64,000 bases of DNA from sequence record NC_047815.1. One strand, written 5' to 3'. Made by a program: the position numbers and the translations under genes. The notes beneath the pieces are model-generated. The model did not search any database, was not told where the DNA came from, and saw only the letters and a list, made by a program, of their open reading frames with translations. Shown in pieces: positions 19,401-29,272 of the stretch (within the stretch, counting starts at the first letter, position 1; each line of letters opens with the position of its first letter).

Positions 19401-22266
19401 CACCACGAATACGAACACGCACGCCGCCAATATCAACGTTGAGAACACCAGTCTGCAAGAAGCTGAGACCAGCAACGAAGATAGTATTCTGAGGCGCCTG
19501 ACTGATAACATCATAGAGACGTTCCTCACCCCAGGTGTTCACAGTGTCACTGGTGATTGGAATTGCGTTCCAGCCATCAGCAATCTTGTGCAGATCGTCA
19601 CACCAGTTAGCAACAAGGTTGGTAGGGCACACGATCAGAGGACGAATATTCGGCTCACCGAGTTCGTCAAGCTCTTTCATCATGGCCATGATATCGGTCA
19701 GACCGATAATCGTTTTACCACCACCAGGTGCGATAAAGATTGTTGCATAGCGTGGACGACGACGCAGCGTCTGGTGAGCACCCAGCTGGTGAGGCATCAG
19801 TGCAGCACCTTCTTTCAGACCAGGCACGCGAATGTCTTCGATGCTGATACCTTGATCTGGTTTCAAACGCTCAACTTCGTTCTCAGCCTGTTCAAACACT
19901 TCCATGCTGCTCGGAATCACATCGCTGTACATGGTAGCGAATGGAAGAATCATGTGAATCAAGCGGTCGGACGTAGGTGCTGCGGCATCTTCTGCAAGGC
20001 TGGAGAACAGCTTTTTGCGATCACCGTTTTTGAGTGCAGCACACATCTGACGGAACAAGGAACCACCGAAGTAGTTGTTCAGTCGAGCGAGGTCACTCAG
20101 TTTACCGTTCTTGCTCATCTGGAAGAAATGCGTATGGTCTTGCATCGCTTCTGTAGCAGCCGTGATACTGCCCATTTCCTGCATCAAGGTAGTGATGAGG
20201 TTTGAGCCGCGCAGACCACTAGCATCGTTGAGCACGCGAGTAATCGTGCGCAACAGCAACAGTTCAGGAGGCATCTGATCGTTAACATCAAAGTTGTTTT
20301 CAATCAGGCCCTGATACAAGTTGTTGTCATAGCTTGAATCAGTCAGAGAGGCATCATCACCAGTAAAGCCAAGTTCTTCACGCGCTTGCTGCACAAGAGT
20401 TTTAACGTCAGGTGCTTGCTTGGTTTTTACCATGTGTCCATAAGTAGCACACACGTGGGCGATGATAGAATACAGCTGGTCTGTACCTTCACCGTTAGCG
20501 TATTCAATCTGCTTGTCGTTTGCGCTGAGGATGAACTTACCGTTAGACGCTTCGGCGCGAGCAGCAGCCAGTTTCAAGTCTTCTGCGGCTTGGAACTTAG
20601 GGCTGTAGCTCTTAGCAATCGATTCGATCACAGTCGGCAAGTTACGGAAGTTAGGACTTTCACCAGGTTCAGCGAAGTCATAGCCCAACATGTCCGCAGT
20701 GTCGAGTGCGGTAGGAATCTTAGCACCAACAGTACGAGTAGCGTTAACGCTGATACCACCAGAGCTTGACGTTGACACAAGCACAGAGAAGTCTGGATCA
20801 ATACCGATACAGATGTTGCCGTATTTAGACAATGACTTGGCTTCTGTCTGCATCTTCTGGTCAATGTCCAGATCGTTCTCACGCGCAGCAAACACAGCGG
20901 TACGCAAGGTATCGTGGTCAGTGGACAGAGGAATACCACGAGCAAACAGCGTCTCAAGCACACGGTTCAGGTCATGCTCATACTTGGTTACTGTTGCTGG
21001 GTCAATATCATCACGCTTAGGCAAGCAGGCCATCGTACCGTTAGGCATGATAGTCAGACCACGATCGTCCGCCAGCGACTCATGCACGCTGTAGCCGAAC
21101 TTCTCACGCAGTGCTTTCATCTTAGGCAAGGTAGTTGCTGAGGTAACATAGCGTGGGATAGCAGCACGACGAGTAACGCTGCCACTAGCACGGCTTGTAC
21201 CTTGAACACGCAGATAGTATTCAGCCCAGCCTTGGAACCAGCGATAAACACACATAGCAGTCAAGTCAGTAGCACCTTGACAGATGTATTCAACAATCGG
21301 TTTTTCCAAGTTAACAATGATACCCGCTTCGGCACGCACGTCAACAGCGAGGTTGACAGGGTTAATCTCTACAGGCTGGTCTTTGCTAACACGCAGCGCC
21401 TGCATTTTACGATCAAGCAGGTTACGACCAGGAACACTACGCACACCAAGCTGCATGAACGGAGCAAGAACATCAGTGACTTTCTTGTCCATGTTCTGGA
21501 AGATGTTCAGATCTTGGCTTGACAGCGAAGGATGAATCGCGTACAGGATGTTGTTGAGTGCAGACCAATCAAAGTCGAGATTGACACGCACCATACGGCA
21601 ATAGAACAGGGCTTGTCCACCACGACGAGGTTCGCCGAAGATGGATTCATGCAGTTGGTTAGCAGCACGAATAGCGTTCTGTGCAATCTCTGCCTGATAC
21701 ACGCGGATGTTCTTGTCTTGGAACTGCTCGTCGTTGTCGAGACGAGGACGGTTACCACCTTGTTCGTTGAGTAAGTTGAAGTTACCCATCGCAGCAGCAG
21801 GCGTAGACGAAGCTGGCGTGCCGCTCATGATAATGTCATGACCTCCAGGGAAACGCTCTGAGCCTTCAATGATTGCGCTGTCACGGCTTGACATGTTAGA
21901 TGCCAGCAGCGTTTTAACATCACGAATCAGTTTAGGTGCATTGTACAGCGCATCGATCTTAGCAACTTCACCACCAACCATGGTTCCGATACGACGAGCG
22001 AACTCACCATCATCAGCTTCTAAGGCATCTTCAAATTCAGCAGCGTTCTCAACGATAAAGCCAATAACGTTGTAGGCCAGATAAATTCGAGCAACAGTAG
22101 CAGCAGCAAAGCGGCCTACCTGTTCGAACAGGGCACGGTTCTTACCGCCCTGATACATCTGGTCCATGCGCTGTGCGACATCGGGATCAATCGGATGTAC
22201 AGCAAGCGCATTCTCAACGCTTTCAGCAATCTGACTTGAGCCAGTTTTTGACGTACTAATAAGCAT
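16411..22266 (-). CDS. Giant SNF2-family ATPase/helicase (1951 aa)
   Basis: LMPHQ, APGGGKT, LIVCPTNLVANW, IIDESHKVKN, ATGT, LIVFTRY, SEGHNMQ, DTPWSP, QSTARIFRP. Confidence 0.9.
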   Translation of the reverse strand: MLISTSKTGSSQIAESVENALAVHPIDPDVAQRMDQMYQGGKNRALFEQVGRFAAATVARIYLAYNVIGFIVENAAEFEDALEADDGEFARRIGTMVGGEVAKIDALYNAPKLIRDVKTLLASNMSSRDSAIIEGSERFPGGHDIIMSGTPASSTPAAAMGNFNLLNEQGGNRPRLDNDEQFQDKNIRVYQAEIAQNAIRAANQLHESIFGEPRRGGQALFYCRMVRVNLDFDWSALNNILYAIHPSLSSQDLNIFQNMDKKVTDVLAPFMQLGVRSVPGRNLLDRKMQALRVSKDQPVEINPVNLAVDVRAEAGIIVNLEKPIVEYICQGATDLTAMCVYRWFQGWAEYYLRVQGTSRASGSVTRRAAIPRYVTSATTLPKMKALREKFGYSVHESLADDRGLTIMPNGTMACLPKRDDIDPATVTKYEHDLNRVLETLFARGIPLSTDHDTLRTAVFAARENDLDIDQKMQTEAKSLSKYGNICIGIDPDFSVLVSTSSSGGISVNATRTVGAKIPTALDTADMLGYDFAEPGESPNFRNLPTVIESIAKSYSPKFQAAEDLKLAAARAEASNGKFILSANDKQIEYANGEGTDQLYSIIAHVCATYGHMVKTKQAPDVKTLVQQAREELGFTGDDASLTDSSYDNNLYQGLIENNFDVNDQMPPELLLLRTITRVLNDASGLRGSNLITTLMQEMGSITAATEAMQDHTHFFQMSKNGKLSDLARLNNYFGGSLFRQMCAALKNGDRKKLFSSLAEDAAAPTSDRLIHMILPFATMYSDVIPSSMEVFEQAENEVERLKPDQGISIEDIRVPGLKEGAALMPHQLGAHQTLRRRPRYATIFIAPGGGKTIIGLTDIMAMMKELDELGEPNIRPLIVCPTNLVANWCDDLHKIADGWNAIPITSDTVNTWGEERLYDVISQAPQNTIFVAGLSFLQTGVLNVDIGGVRVRIRGAVEFVNRFNFSYVIIDESHKVKNYSGGQSGSQVHFNAKAIFTAPSVRYARIATGTLVTDRVSDIVGQAALLTPAIFGDNLDITDQGDGTLAMIRRAHSRLSNHTAFIAYKRKSWAFMLPNPIDTFLNVDIDSAKVPYSDLHKQTYDAMYQELLDLLDQAAADAKKKAGGGDEDDEEGTGDGGESEDESGIDPNDLDTSEDGDVLGALLASNADLNLYFQRMEQMLTDPMGDDIARETFEQAGVKEFTSVKVLTVVERIRKHFEVQKERDTDPETGNEQQTYDWSPGVVPKEYDIAVYQGRKFMARKQTDGYRRNMLPPSMTPPPEDPEYWKEEVQGKLIVFTRYTRSANAVYNALPEQYKRVAVLFHGEVGKLGQDKVANLDAFKTNPDVQILIANEQAISEGHNMQMGSRIIRVDTPWSPGVYDQSTARIFRPDVAAAQIDENGKAGDMKRELVFIDWIMTNRTLEVGKVARLMWKTLEKTQFDEKGNERYADLDKYELPPIKMNKNLLINANTMEDFIDYFLAKRDLNEIETAEFAEMRKTTVAAMLPLTPEPALRNFRVLDQFPIVANQKIPDRNNWGLVRLLDWARGQNFGDGETLKNSVHRMPVVTEFGNGIIVGVNVRNVDGKLKSDSPISTVRVRLAGSEELVTIPATKIHCAMKVGKRDLDTFFKVRKPWATEQDRKRANAEANRIEVEESIQDETATVNTTETRKKVIKVERETARAKKRAENVAQKKPVNEGVKEAAKRVRRVETLPELNNTIKPAAKAVRVGTKAVSLEDLSGADMSLEITPTVYNGFVALYADSADADAKSMKQFEFVEFGDYVFIDLYYYEDFERFLDYIEITKKLEFDGPSSKRLEFIQDMFTGKRLTFDTQIATHMQSSLKQFFLIRHKAANDKAHVKCYPMVMQDRMRIMFDLATNPKMARIAGQKIPNMRKFGTFEKSSGMWIGFVKNVATAKARLTKIMKAGYKVTNFKRCIAALEKLKLTQSKSTDV

Positions 22267-22766
22267 TATGCGCCACCCAGTTTTCCGTTGTTATCAATGA
22301 TTTTGCGCCACAGAGGACTTGCAGGAATCTTGCGATCTGTAGCGAGGTCAAGCAACGCACTTGCCAAAGCATAACGCTGCATCGGCTGTAAACGCTGGAA
22401 AGCATCCAGTGTATCGATAGATGCAATCACGTCGTTGGTACGCTGTTTGTAAATGTCGCGGTATTCAGCAATCATCTGCAACAGGTCAACGTGGTCATCA
22501 TCTTCATCAGCTTCGGCAGCACGTTGAGCAGCACGAATAGTCTGGGCTAGCACATCAACAAGACGAAGCAGGTCTTCCTGCGTGTATGCTACAAAGGTAG
22601 GCAGTCCGCCATTCTCCATAACATCAAGTACCGATTGAGGCAGGGTAATCGGCGTGCGGTCAGCACTGATAGATTGCAACAAGGCTTGTGCGCTCAACGC
22701 AGAGGTAGAATCACCTCGCGCTAGGTCAGCAAGTGTTGCTCTCAGCCTCTCGTTAGTTTCGGACAC
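22266..22766 (-). CDS. Hypothetical 166-aa helical protein
   Basis: GTG start after AGGAG; stop overlaps the SNF2 ATG. Confidence 0.75.
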   Translation of the reverse strand: MSETNERLRATLADLARGDSTSALSAQALLQSISADRTPITLPQSVLDVMENGGLPTFVAYTQEDLLRLVDVLAQTIRAAQRAAEADEDDDHVDLLQMIAEYRDIYKQRTNDVIASIDTLDAFQRLQPMQRYALASALLDLATDRKIPASPLWRKIIDNNGKLGGA

Positions 22767-22775
22767 ACTGTTCTC

Positions 22776-23558
22776 CTAAATAAAAATGCTGCGTGCTAAA
22801 CTGATCAGCTTTCTCTCCATTTCCTGCTTGCGATGACTTCCTAAAAAGCACAACATGCGAGGACTCGAAACATGTAATACAAAACTGTTGCCCTTACATC
22901 TGATACAACTGATGCCGAGTTTCTCGTTCCATTCGTGCCAAAGTCTAGGTTGAGCCATCGCTGTTTCAACAGGTGGATAAGTATCTGGCACGACAGGAAT
23001 TGGAGAGCGAGCAAGTTTCTTGGTCAAATTATCAGTTTTGAACAAAGCCTTCGGTTGTTTGCTCGAAAACCAGTAAGGAACCTTGCTGTGCAAGACCTCA
23101 CCTATCTTGGGTATCTTGCCCTTAACAGGCTTTGGTACATACACAAGATAGATCTCAAGGCTTGCGTTGATGCAGTTAGCAATGGGATTATATGTGCTGT
23201 TGACAACAACCTTAACGTCAGCAACGCGCAGCAGCTCGGCGAGACGAATACGGTCAGTCCAGAACTTGTAATCGTACTGAGTTGCCTTTAATGTGACACG
23301 GGCTTCTTTCACGCTGTCAGACATTACACCAGGCACGGCACGCACAAGGAACTGAGTGCTTTGCTTGCTGAGGCTAGACAAGAAGCCTTGAACAACACGC
23401 GTCATGCCTTGAGGTTGAGGTGAACTGTTGTAAAGATCTTGCGCTGTTTGTGTTGAGATATAGGCAGACCACGCTTCAAGATACTCAGGCGCAACGCAGT
23501 CAGGAAAGCCATGAATATCCATAGTAGGCTCTGAACCGTAATCACGAAGTCTACCCAC
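22776..23558 (-). CDS. Hypothetical 260-aa protein
   Basis: GTG start overlapping the HNH stop. Confidence 0.7.
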   Translation of the reverse strand: MGRLRDYGSEPTMDIHGFPDCVAPEYLEAWSAYISTQTAQDLYNSSPQPQGMTRVVQGFLSSLSKQSTQFLVRAVPGVMSDSVKEARVTLKATQYDYKFWTDRIRLAELLRVADVKVVVNSTYNPIANCINASLEIYLVYVPKPVKGKIPKIGEVLHSKVPYWFSSKQPKALFKTDNLTKKLARSPIPVVPDTYPPVETAMAQPRLWHEWNEKLGISCIRCKGNSFVLHVSSPRMLCFLGSHRKQEMERKLISLARSIFI

Positions 23559-23917
23559 TAGCGACCCCCATGAAGCAAGCGACTGCCTCGACGATTAGCA
23601 CGTCCTATCTTCTGGCTGTCACAGTCATGACACAACAGCTTGAGATTGTTCTTCATGTTGCTGCCGCCCTGTGAGTGCGTGACTGTGTGATCGAGGATAA
23701 GCTGAGAGGTAGCCTTACCACAACGTTGACAACGAGCACCACGCTCCTGAATGATCTGCGCTTTGAGTGAGGACCATTCACTACGATCCATTCGCTGGTG
23801 GGTACCAACACGATTGCGATCAAGCGATGTAACACCCGCAAGACGCTGTGATGTGCTTGGTTTGCCCCAACTGTTATTCTTTCTGGCAGCAATGCCACCA
23901 CGAGGTCTATATGTCAT
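23558..23917 (-). CDS. Small HNH endonuclease (119 aa)
   Basis: CQRCG...LDH...GGSN...NLKLLCHDCD. Confidence 0.85.
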   Translation of the reverse strand: MTYRPRGGIAARKNNSWGKPSTSQRLAGVTSLDRNRVGTHQRMDRSEWSSLKAQIIQERGARCQRCGKATSQLILDHTVTHSQGGSNMKNNLKLLCHDCDSQKIGRANRRGSRLLHGGR

Positions 23918-23946
23918 AACTGCCTCATCATTATCGTTAACACGGG

Positions 23947-23955
23947 TATTTACAG
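23947..23955 (-). promoter_or_regulatory. CTGTAAATA promoter-like motif upstream of HNH
   Basis: Intergenic exact copy. Confidence 0.55.
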
Positions 23956-23960
23956 TTTTG

Positions 23961-24779
23961 TTATGAACTTGAGCTAAATATCTGAACCGTCTTGTCCAAG
24001 CTGTTTAGATAAGCTGATTGCATATCCTGAGCATTACGACCAAGTATTTTATCAGAGGCAGCACGCATGTTTGCAATGGAATCAGGGTCAAGGTGACCGT
24101 TAGCCCAAGCCATCAGTTCTTGACTGTACTTGATCAGACTGTTGCCGCACGCTTCGGTGAGAGGTGTTATAACTTCTGCGTTGAGTATCTCACCCATCTG
24201 ACCAACATCACGCAGCGCACGAAGGTCAGCAATAACCTCACGCATCTGATTGTAGATCTGCATCAAGGCATAAACGTCACGGCTCTGCTTTGATTTAAAG
24301 TATTGCTGTTCACAGGTACGAGCCATATCACGCAGTTTGGTGAACATGATAAGGTATTCCGCTATCTGCTCATTTTCCTGTTTCATAACATCAGGAATCT
24401 CAGCCAACAGCTCACCAACTTGTGCCTCCATCGAGGATACTTCTGTGGTGCTGGGTAAACCTTTCTTCTTTTTCTTTTTCTGCGCTATCTCAGCCTCAGC
24501 AGCGTTCTTTTTCTTCTTGGGCTTTGCTGCTTTTTCTTCTTTGGTTTTCTTTTGCTTTGGAGGAGGTAGCTCAAGCAACGCAGAGGCATCAAAGCTGGTT
24601 GGAAGATCATCATCAAGAAGCGACTTGGTCTTCTTCTTTTTGATTTTGACGGAGCTAACAACTTTTGCTGTCTTAGCCTTTTTGGCAGTTGATTTGGCTT
24701 TAGTGCCAGTTTTCTTTTTCTTTGATGGTCGAGCCGATTGTCCGATAGCATCGAGATCATCAAGGCTGATTGCTGCCAT
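23961..24779 (-). CDS. Hypothetical 272-aa protein with poly-Lys N-half and helical C-domain
   Basis: ATG at 24779 after GAGGA is preferred to the track's TTG at 24794; several KKKK runs. Confidence 0.7.
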   Translation of the reverse strand: MAAISLDDLDAIGQSARPSKKKKTGTKAKSTAKKAKTAKVVSSVKIKKKKTKSLLDDDLPTSFDASALLELPPPKQKKTKEEKAAKPKKKKNAAEAEIAQKKKKKKGLPSTTEVSSMEAQVGELLAEIPDVMKQENEQIAEYLIMFTKLRDMARTCEQQYFKSKQSRDVYALMQIYNQMREVIADLRALRDVGQMGEILNAEVITPLTEACGNSLIKYSQELMAWANGHLDPDSIANMRAASDKILGRNAQDMQSAYLNSLDKTVQIFSSSS

Positions 24780-24802
24780 AGGAAAAATCCTCAATAGAAA
24801 CG

Positions 24803-24830
24803 AAAAAGGGAACCCCGCGAGGCTCCCTTT
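24803..24830 (-). terminator. Intrinsic terminator
   Basis: AAAGGGA.CC..GG.TCCCTTT hairpin with U-tail. Confidence 0.65.
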
Positions 24831-24835
24831 AGGGT

Positions 24836-25633
24836 TTAGAACGAATGGTTACGAATAATGTCAGCCATCTTTTCGTAATACTCTGGGCTGTAGCGGAACA
24901 CTTGCGCGTAGTAAGCAAGCAGCTTGTCTACGTCAACGCCACCAGCAGCACTCAGACTATCGATCTGTGGGAATTGCTTTTCGTCCAGCTCGTTGCCATC
25001 CAGCACAGCAACCATTGACAGTGAACTGATTTGCTCTTGCTCACCGCTTTTGTCAACAACAAGGAAGCTGTTGTCGTCAGTTACCTGTGCAGCAACAAAG
25101 CCAACACGCAGGTCACCAGACTCACTGACATAGCTAATCATGTCGCCGCCCTGAGCACCAGACAAATCAGCTTGATATGCATTCAGCATACGGCTGAGTT
25201 CTGGGTTCTGGCTGGCCAACTGAGCTGGAGTTGCACTTGACACACTACGCAGCATTTCCAGCAGGTCATCGTTGTCGCTGATATCCTGATTGCGCACCAG
25301 AACCTGCTCACCAGATTCAGATTTGCGCAAGGTCCACAGACGGTCTGACTTGTCCATGTACATGTTCTTGCTTACGCTGCGCATCTGGCCGATTTCAGCA
25401 ACGTCTTTAACGTCCTGCATACGAGTCAGAACACTGCGAACGAAGGTCTGAGTACGACCGCTGTTGATTTCAACGCTTGAACCAGGTACTACCATGTATT
25501 CACGATCGGTTGACTCAGACACAGCAGCACCGTAGTTATCGGCAATGCTTTCATCTGGTCCGTGTACGACCTGCATAAGAGCAACGGCTTGGTTGCCGCT
25601 GATGCTTTCGATCTGTTTGATATAAGCCTTCAT
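24836..25633 (-). CDS. Hypothetical 265-aa protein, probable virion protein
   Basis: AGGAG RBS; CTAATTT motif at 25660-25666. Confidence 0.75.
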   Translation of the reverse strand: MKAYIKQIESISGNQAVALMQVVHGPDESIADNYGAAVSESTDREYMVVPGSSVEINSGRTQTFVRSVLTRMQDVKDVAEIGQMRSVSKNMYMDKSDRLWTLRKSESGEQVLVRNQDISDNDDLLEMLRSVSSATPAQLASQNPELSRMLNAYQADLSGAQGGDMISYVSESGDLRVGFVAAQVTDDNSFLVVDKSGEQEQISSLSMVAVLDGNELDEKQFPQIDSLSAAGGVDVDKLLAYYAQVFRYSPEYYEKMADIIRNHSF

Positions 25634-25659
25634 GTCGGTCTCCTGAATATAGACGCTAC

Positions 25660-25666
25660 AAAATTA
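25660..25666 (-). promoter_or_regulatory. CTAATTT promoter-like motif
   Basis: 27 nt upstream of 25633. Confidence 0.5.
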
Positions 25667-25678
25667 GTAAATTGAGGT

Positions 25679-26842
25679 TTAGGTTGTCACGCGATAGCGA
25701 GTATTCACCCAAATGCTGCGATTGCCGAACGTTGCCCACTTGGTCGTTGGTGCGTTGATAACACCAAGACGACCCATAGCGCGAGCACCATCAATTGCTC
25801 CGCCACCCACGCTACCATCACCTTCATTGATTCCGGCTTTGGACAGCTTGTTCTTGAGATTGGTCACAGGACCTTGCATCTCAGTTTCAATACGTCCCAA
25901 CGCCGCTTCAATTGCAGGCGTGCGGTCCATATTCAAGTTTACTACCTGGCCAGTAAAGTCAAACGCAAGACTGCCTTCTGCCTGTAGCTGTGCAGCAAGC
26001 GCATAGTAACATGCACACACAACCCAAGCATTCAACAAGGTACCTTGCATGTTTGTGCCAGTAAAACCAGTCGCACGCGAGCCAAGCTGATTGAACAACG
26101 CAAGTCCACGATACAGATACATAACGAGGTCTGACTGAGTATACTCAAGTTCAGGGATAACGTTTTGCTGTCGTGCCTTGTTGATGTAGCCTTCAATCAT
26201 CGACACAGCCACGGTAACTTGTGGTGTGATTGCCCAGATGGTGTACGTGAAGAAACGCTGGGATTTGCGTCGTCCATCGTCGTGTCGCACAACAAGAGCC
26301 ATCGGTTCAAGTCTGCGGCTTGCTGCCCATAATGGAATACGGAACGAACAGGTATCACGACGATTAGCCAGCATCATCACACCACTGTCTTTAGCAGTAA
26401 CGCCATTGACAATCATTTGGTTATTGATACTAAGCTGGAAAGTAAGAGTATCGCGCTGCGTGTCAAAATGAAACGGTAAGGTAACATCAAACGTTGAGTC
26501 TTCACCCATCAGCGTTACGATATCCGATACACGAACATCCATTGCGGGATCAACGTAGATGCGTTCCTTACTGCGAACCGTACCTTCTTCTGATTCATAC
26601 GTCCAGATGAGGTCGAACTGCTTTTCATCGTAGAGACCTAACTCAGGTATAGCAATGTCTGCTACCCACTGACCAGGCGTTTCACCTGTAGTAGCAACAA
26701 CTTCTGCAATGATACCTCTGTCCGATGGATCAATCAGTTTAACGATAGGACCCATCGTGTCTTCACGAGGATATAGCGGTTCGTCGAATTCATCCAGAAA
26801 CGTTTCTTCAACCGAGATAATCTGCCCTTCGACTGTACGCAT
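25679..26842 (-). CDS. 387-aa protein, possible neck/head-completion protein
   Basis: Beta-rich N-domains plus a helical C-domain (YYALAAQLQAEG..FDFTGQVVNLNMDRT) reminiscent of head-tail adaptors; function is inference. Confidence 0.35.
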   Translation of the reverse strand: MRTVEGQIISVEETFLDEFDEPLYPREDTMGPIVKLIDPSDRGIIAEVVATTGETPGQWVADIAIPELGLYDEKQFDLIWTYESEEGTVRSKERIYVDPAMDVRVSDIVTLMGEDSTFDVTLPFHFDTQRDTLTFQLSINNQMIVNGVTAKDSGVMMLANRRDTCSFRIPLWAASRRLEPMALVVRHDDGRRKSQRFFTYTIWAITPQVTVAVSMIEGYINKARQQNVIPELEYTQSDLVMYLYRGLALFNQLGSRATGFTGTNMQGTLLNAWVVCACYYALAAQLQAEGSLAFDFTGQVVNLNMDRTPAIEAALGRIETEMQGPVTNLKNKLSKAGINEGDGSVGGGAIDGARAMGRLGVINAPTTKWATFGNRSIWVNTRYRVTT

Positions 26843-26844
26843 AA

Positions 26845-27948
26845 CTAGGCCTCGGTAAGTGCCATGTACTCGGCAAGAGTACGTAGCTGAACATTGTAAC
26901 TGCCGCTAAGTATCGCACGCGCCATAGCAAGATGGTTAGATGCAGCAGCAATCACCAGCTTTGATTGATACTCAGGCAAGCGTTGCATGTTTTGATTAAG
27001 ATTCTCAAAGTACATGCGAACAAAGTTGGTGCGATCAATCTGATTTGATTCCAGCGCAGAACAATCGATACGACCGTTAAGCAGTAGGTACAGTGCTGTC
27101 TGTATCTCAGGACCAACATCAGGAATACCTGAAGCCATTGCTGCGCTGATTTTCATCAGGCCTTTCGCAATGTAGTCTGCTACCTTAGTGTCGATATAGT
27201 TCGACATTGTGGTGCTGACGTCAGGCATATACAGACCGCTGAGAATGTACGTGCAGAAATACTGCGGGAAGTCACGATCAAACAGTTCAGGACTTAGGGC
27301 AACGCTGAATTGCTTCCACATGGCAGAACAATAGTGCCACTCTGTGTAGGGCAGATTGCGCATTGCCTGCTGCACGCTGAGGTTGTTGTCCTGACTGTCA
27401 AGCACACTGATATCCTGTGTGATATAACGAGCGGCATACTGAGGTTGCGGGTCAACTGTTAAGAAGTTACGCGACACAGTACCAACAACGTTGTGTAACA
27501 CAGTCAGGAACTCAAGCCCGTTACCGTTCAGCGCAAAAGAGAACGAGCGCGGAACACCGATAGTAACGTATTCGTTAATATTGTTCTCGCCCCAGAGACG
27601 GAAGTAACGACTGCGACCGTTGATTTGATTTGGGCGCGGCAAGATACGATTCTGTCGTGGCTTCATGCAAAACGTAAACACAAGACCACTATCAATCATA
27701 ATCACGCTGGGATCAGGCATGTTTGAATAACCCATGCTCATGTTCGCATCTGGTGCGTACACGTTTACCAGCGTAAAGTTCTGTGCCTTAGTGAAAGGCA
27801 TCTGCGCCGAAATCAAACCGAGGAGAACTTGCTTGAGAATCGCATCAACAACATAGGGAGTGGCCATGCGCATTTGGTTAGCGCGATACTGACCACTGTA
27901 TGTATTCTCTTTGAAGGTGCGATCTACTTTGAAGTGCTGTACAGCCAT
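26845..27948 (-). CDS. Hypothetical 367-aa protein
   Basis: Long ORF translationally coupled to its neighbours. Confidence 0.8.
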   Translation of the reverse strand: MAVQHFKVDRTFKENTYSGQYRANQMRMATPYVVDAILKQVLLGLISAQMPFTKAQNFTLVNVYAPDANMSMGYSNMPDPSVIMIDSGLVFTFCMKPRQNRILPRPNQINGRSRYFRLWGENNINEYVTIGVPRSFSFALNGNGLEFLTVLHNVVGTVSRNFLTVDPQPQYAARYITQDISVLDSQDNNLSVQQAMRNLPYTEWHYCSAMWKQFSVALSPELFDRDFPQYFCTYILSGLYMPDVSTTMSNYIDTKVADYIAKGLMKISAAMASGIPDVGPEIQTALYLLLNGRIDCSALESNQIDRTNFVRMYFENLNQNMQRLPEYQSKLVIAAASNHLAMARAILSGSYNVQLRTLAEYMALTEA

Positions 27949-29234
27949 TACTTCACAGACTGTTTCAGCACACGTTTCTGTTGAGCGTTCAGGCCCAGCA
28001 CATCAGCGAACTGATCAATCTTGGCCAAGGTCAACACACCCTTCGCAGTACCGCTGCTGGTGGTGATACTGACTTTAACGTATTCGCGACCATTACGCCC
28101 GTTGACGATTTGATGGATGATGCTGTTCTTGCCACTGCGTCCAGCACGGAACACGGTCGAGGCCATAGCAAGAATCTCTTGAATAGCTTCACGCTTCTCG
28201 TTGGCACTGAGGCCCTGAACAAGACGCACATACAGACTATCGTTCTGAACACGCACGTTGTCAAAGATCTCACGATCTTTACCGCGAATGTTGTGACGCT
28301 CAGAACCGAACATGGTGTTGTTACGCAGCTCACCAGTATCACGATTCAGAGGACGACGTTCACTGTAGTTCAGGAAGCCATCGATTGCCAGCAAGCTGTT
28401 GACCGCTTTCTTGAGAGAAGGAACGGTTTCAACTGTACGACCATACGGGAAGCTGCCAGGAACTTTCTCATCCACCAGCGTTGTAACATAGTTGGTGCTG
28501 AGACCGTTAGCTACCGCAACAGAAGTAGTCAACACAATAGCATAGTTCTGGTGATGGATATTGTCGCTGTTAACGAAGTCATCAACAAAGATATAGGTCT
28601 GGAACGTGATTGGGTCAGTGCCTTTAGCGATAAAGGTGCGAGTACGAATCTTGCTGTACTGCTCACGGTTCAGAATCTTTGACAGGTAGTTAGCAATGGT
28701 TGCGGCTAACTTGGTATGTTCTTTTGGAGTACCGTTTTTAACGTCGATACTCATCAGTTTAATCATACGGTTCTGAGTTTCTGTTGCGTCTTTGATAACG
28801 CTCAACAGGCTGTCAGCCGCTTTGTTCTGATCTTTGAAAGCAGTAAAGGTCTTGCTGCTAAGGATCTGATATGCAATACCCAGCTCGGTGATGGCTTGGT
28901 TGAGATTGCTTACCTGTTGATTGTACTTGGCCTTGTCTTGAATCTTGGTAATGTCGATTTTAGACAGGTCGATAACGGTGTTGAGGTCGATTGCTTTAGT
29001 TTGCTTCTGTGCCACAGTGCCTTTGAGATCACTGAGGTCTACGGCTCGGGCACTTAAACTTGCCAGAGTCTTTGGAATCTTGAAGGAGCTAACGCTAGCA
29101 ATCACACCGTCGAGAATGTTGCGGAACTCAGTCGCTGTACGAGCGTTACGCAAGCCGCGCATATTCTCTGAACTATAGTTAACGGAAGTGCTGATAGAGT
29201 TAATCACTTCCTTCTTTTTGGCAGTCTTAGCCAT
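27948..29234 (-). CDS. Hypothetical 428-aa protein
   Basis: GAGG RBS; both promoter motifs lie upstream (29273, 29318). Confidence 0.8.
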   Translation of the reverse strand: MAKTAKKKEVINSISTSVNYSSENMRGLRNARTATEFRNILDGVIASVSSFKIPKTLASLSARAVDLSDLKGTVAQKQTKAIDLNTVIDLSKIDITKIQDKAKYNQQVSNLNQAITELGIAYQILSSKTFTAFKDQNKAADSLLSVIKDATETQNRMIKLMSIDVKNGTPKEHTKLAATIANYLSKILNREQYSKIRTRTFIAKGTDPITFQTYIFVDDFVNSDNIHHQNYAIVLTTSVAVANGLSTNYVTTLVDEKVPGSFPYGRTVETVPSLKKAVNSLLAIDGFLNYSERRPLNRDTGELRNNTMFGSERHNIRGKDREIFDNVRVQNDSLYVRLVQGLSANEKREAIQEILAMASTVFRAGRSGKNSIIHQIVNGRNGREYVKVSITTSSGTAKGVLTLAKIDQFADVLGLNAQQKRVLKQSVK

Positions 29235-29272
29235 GGTAGTCCTCGTCAGTGTGAGAATATGAATACTCGATG

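Noticed and set aside
11337-22266. Inteins or introns in the polymerase or SNF2 gene, given their size
   Set aside because: Frames are uninterrupted, and no intein splice-junction (C...HN) or LAGLIDADG motifs were seen.
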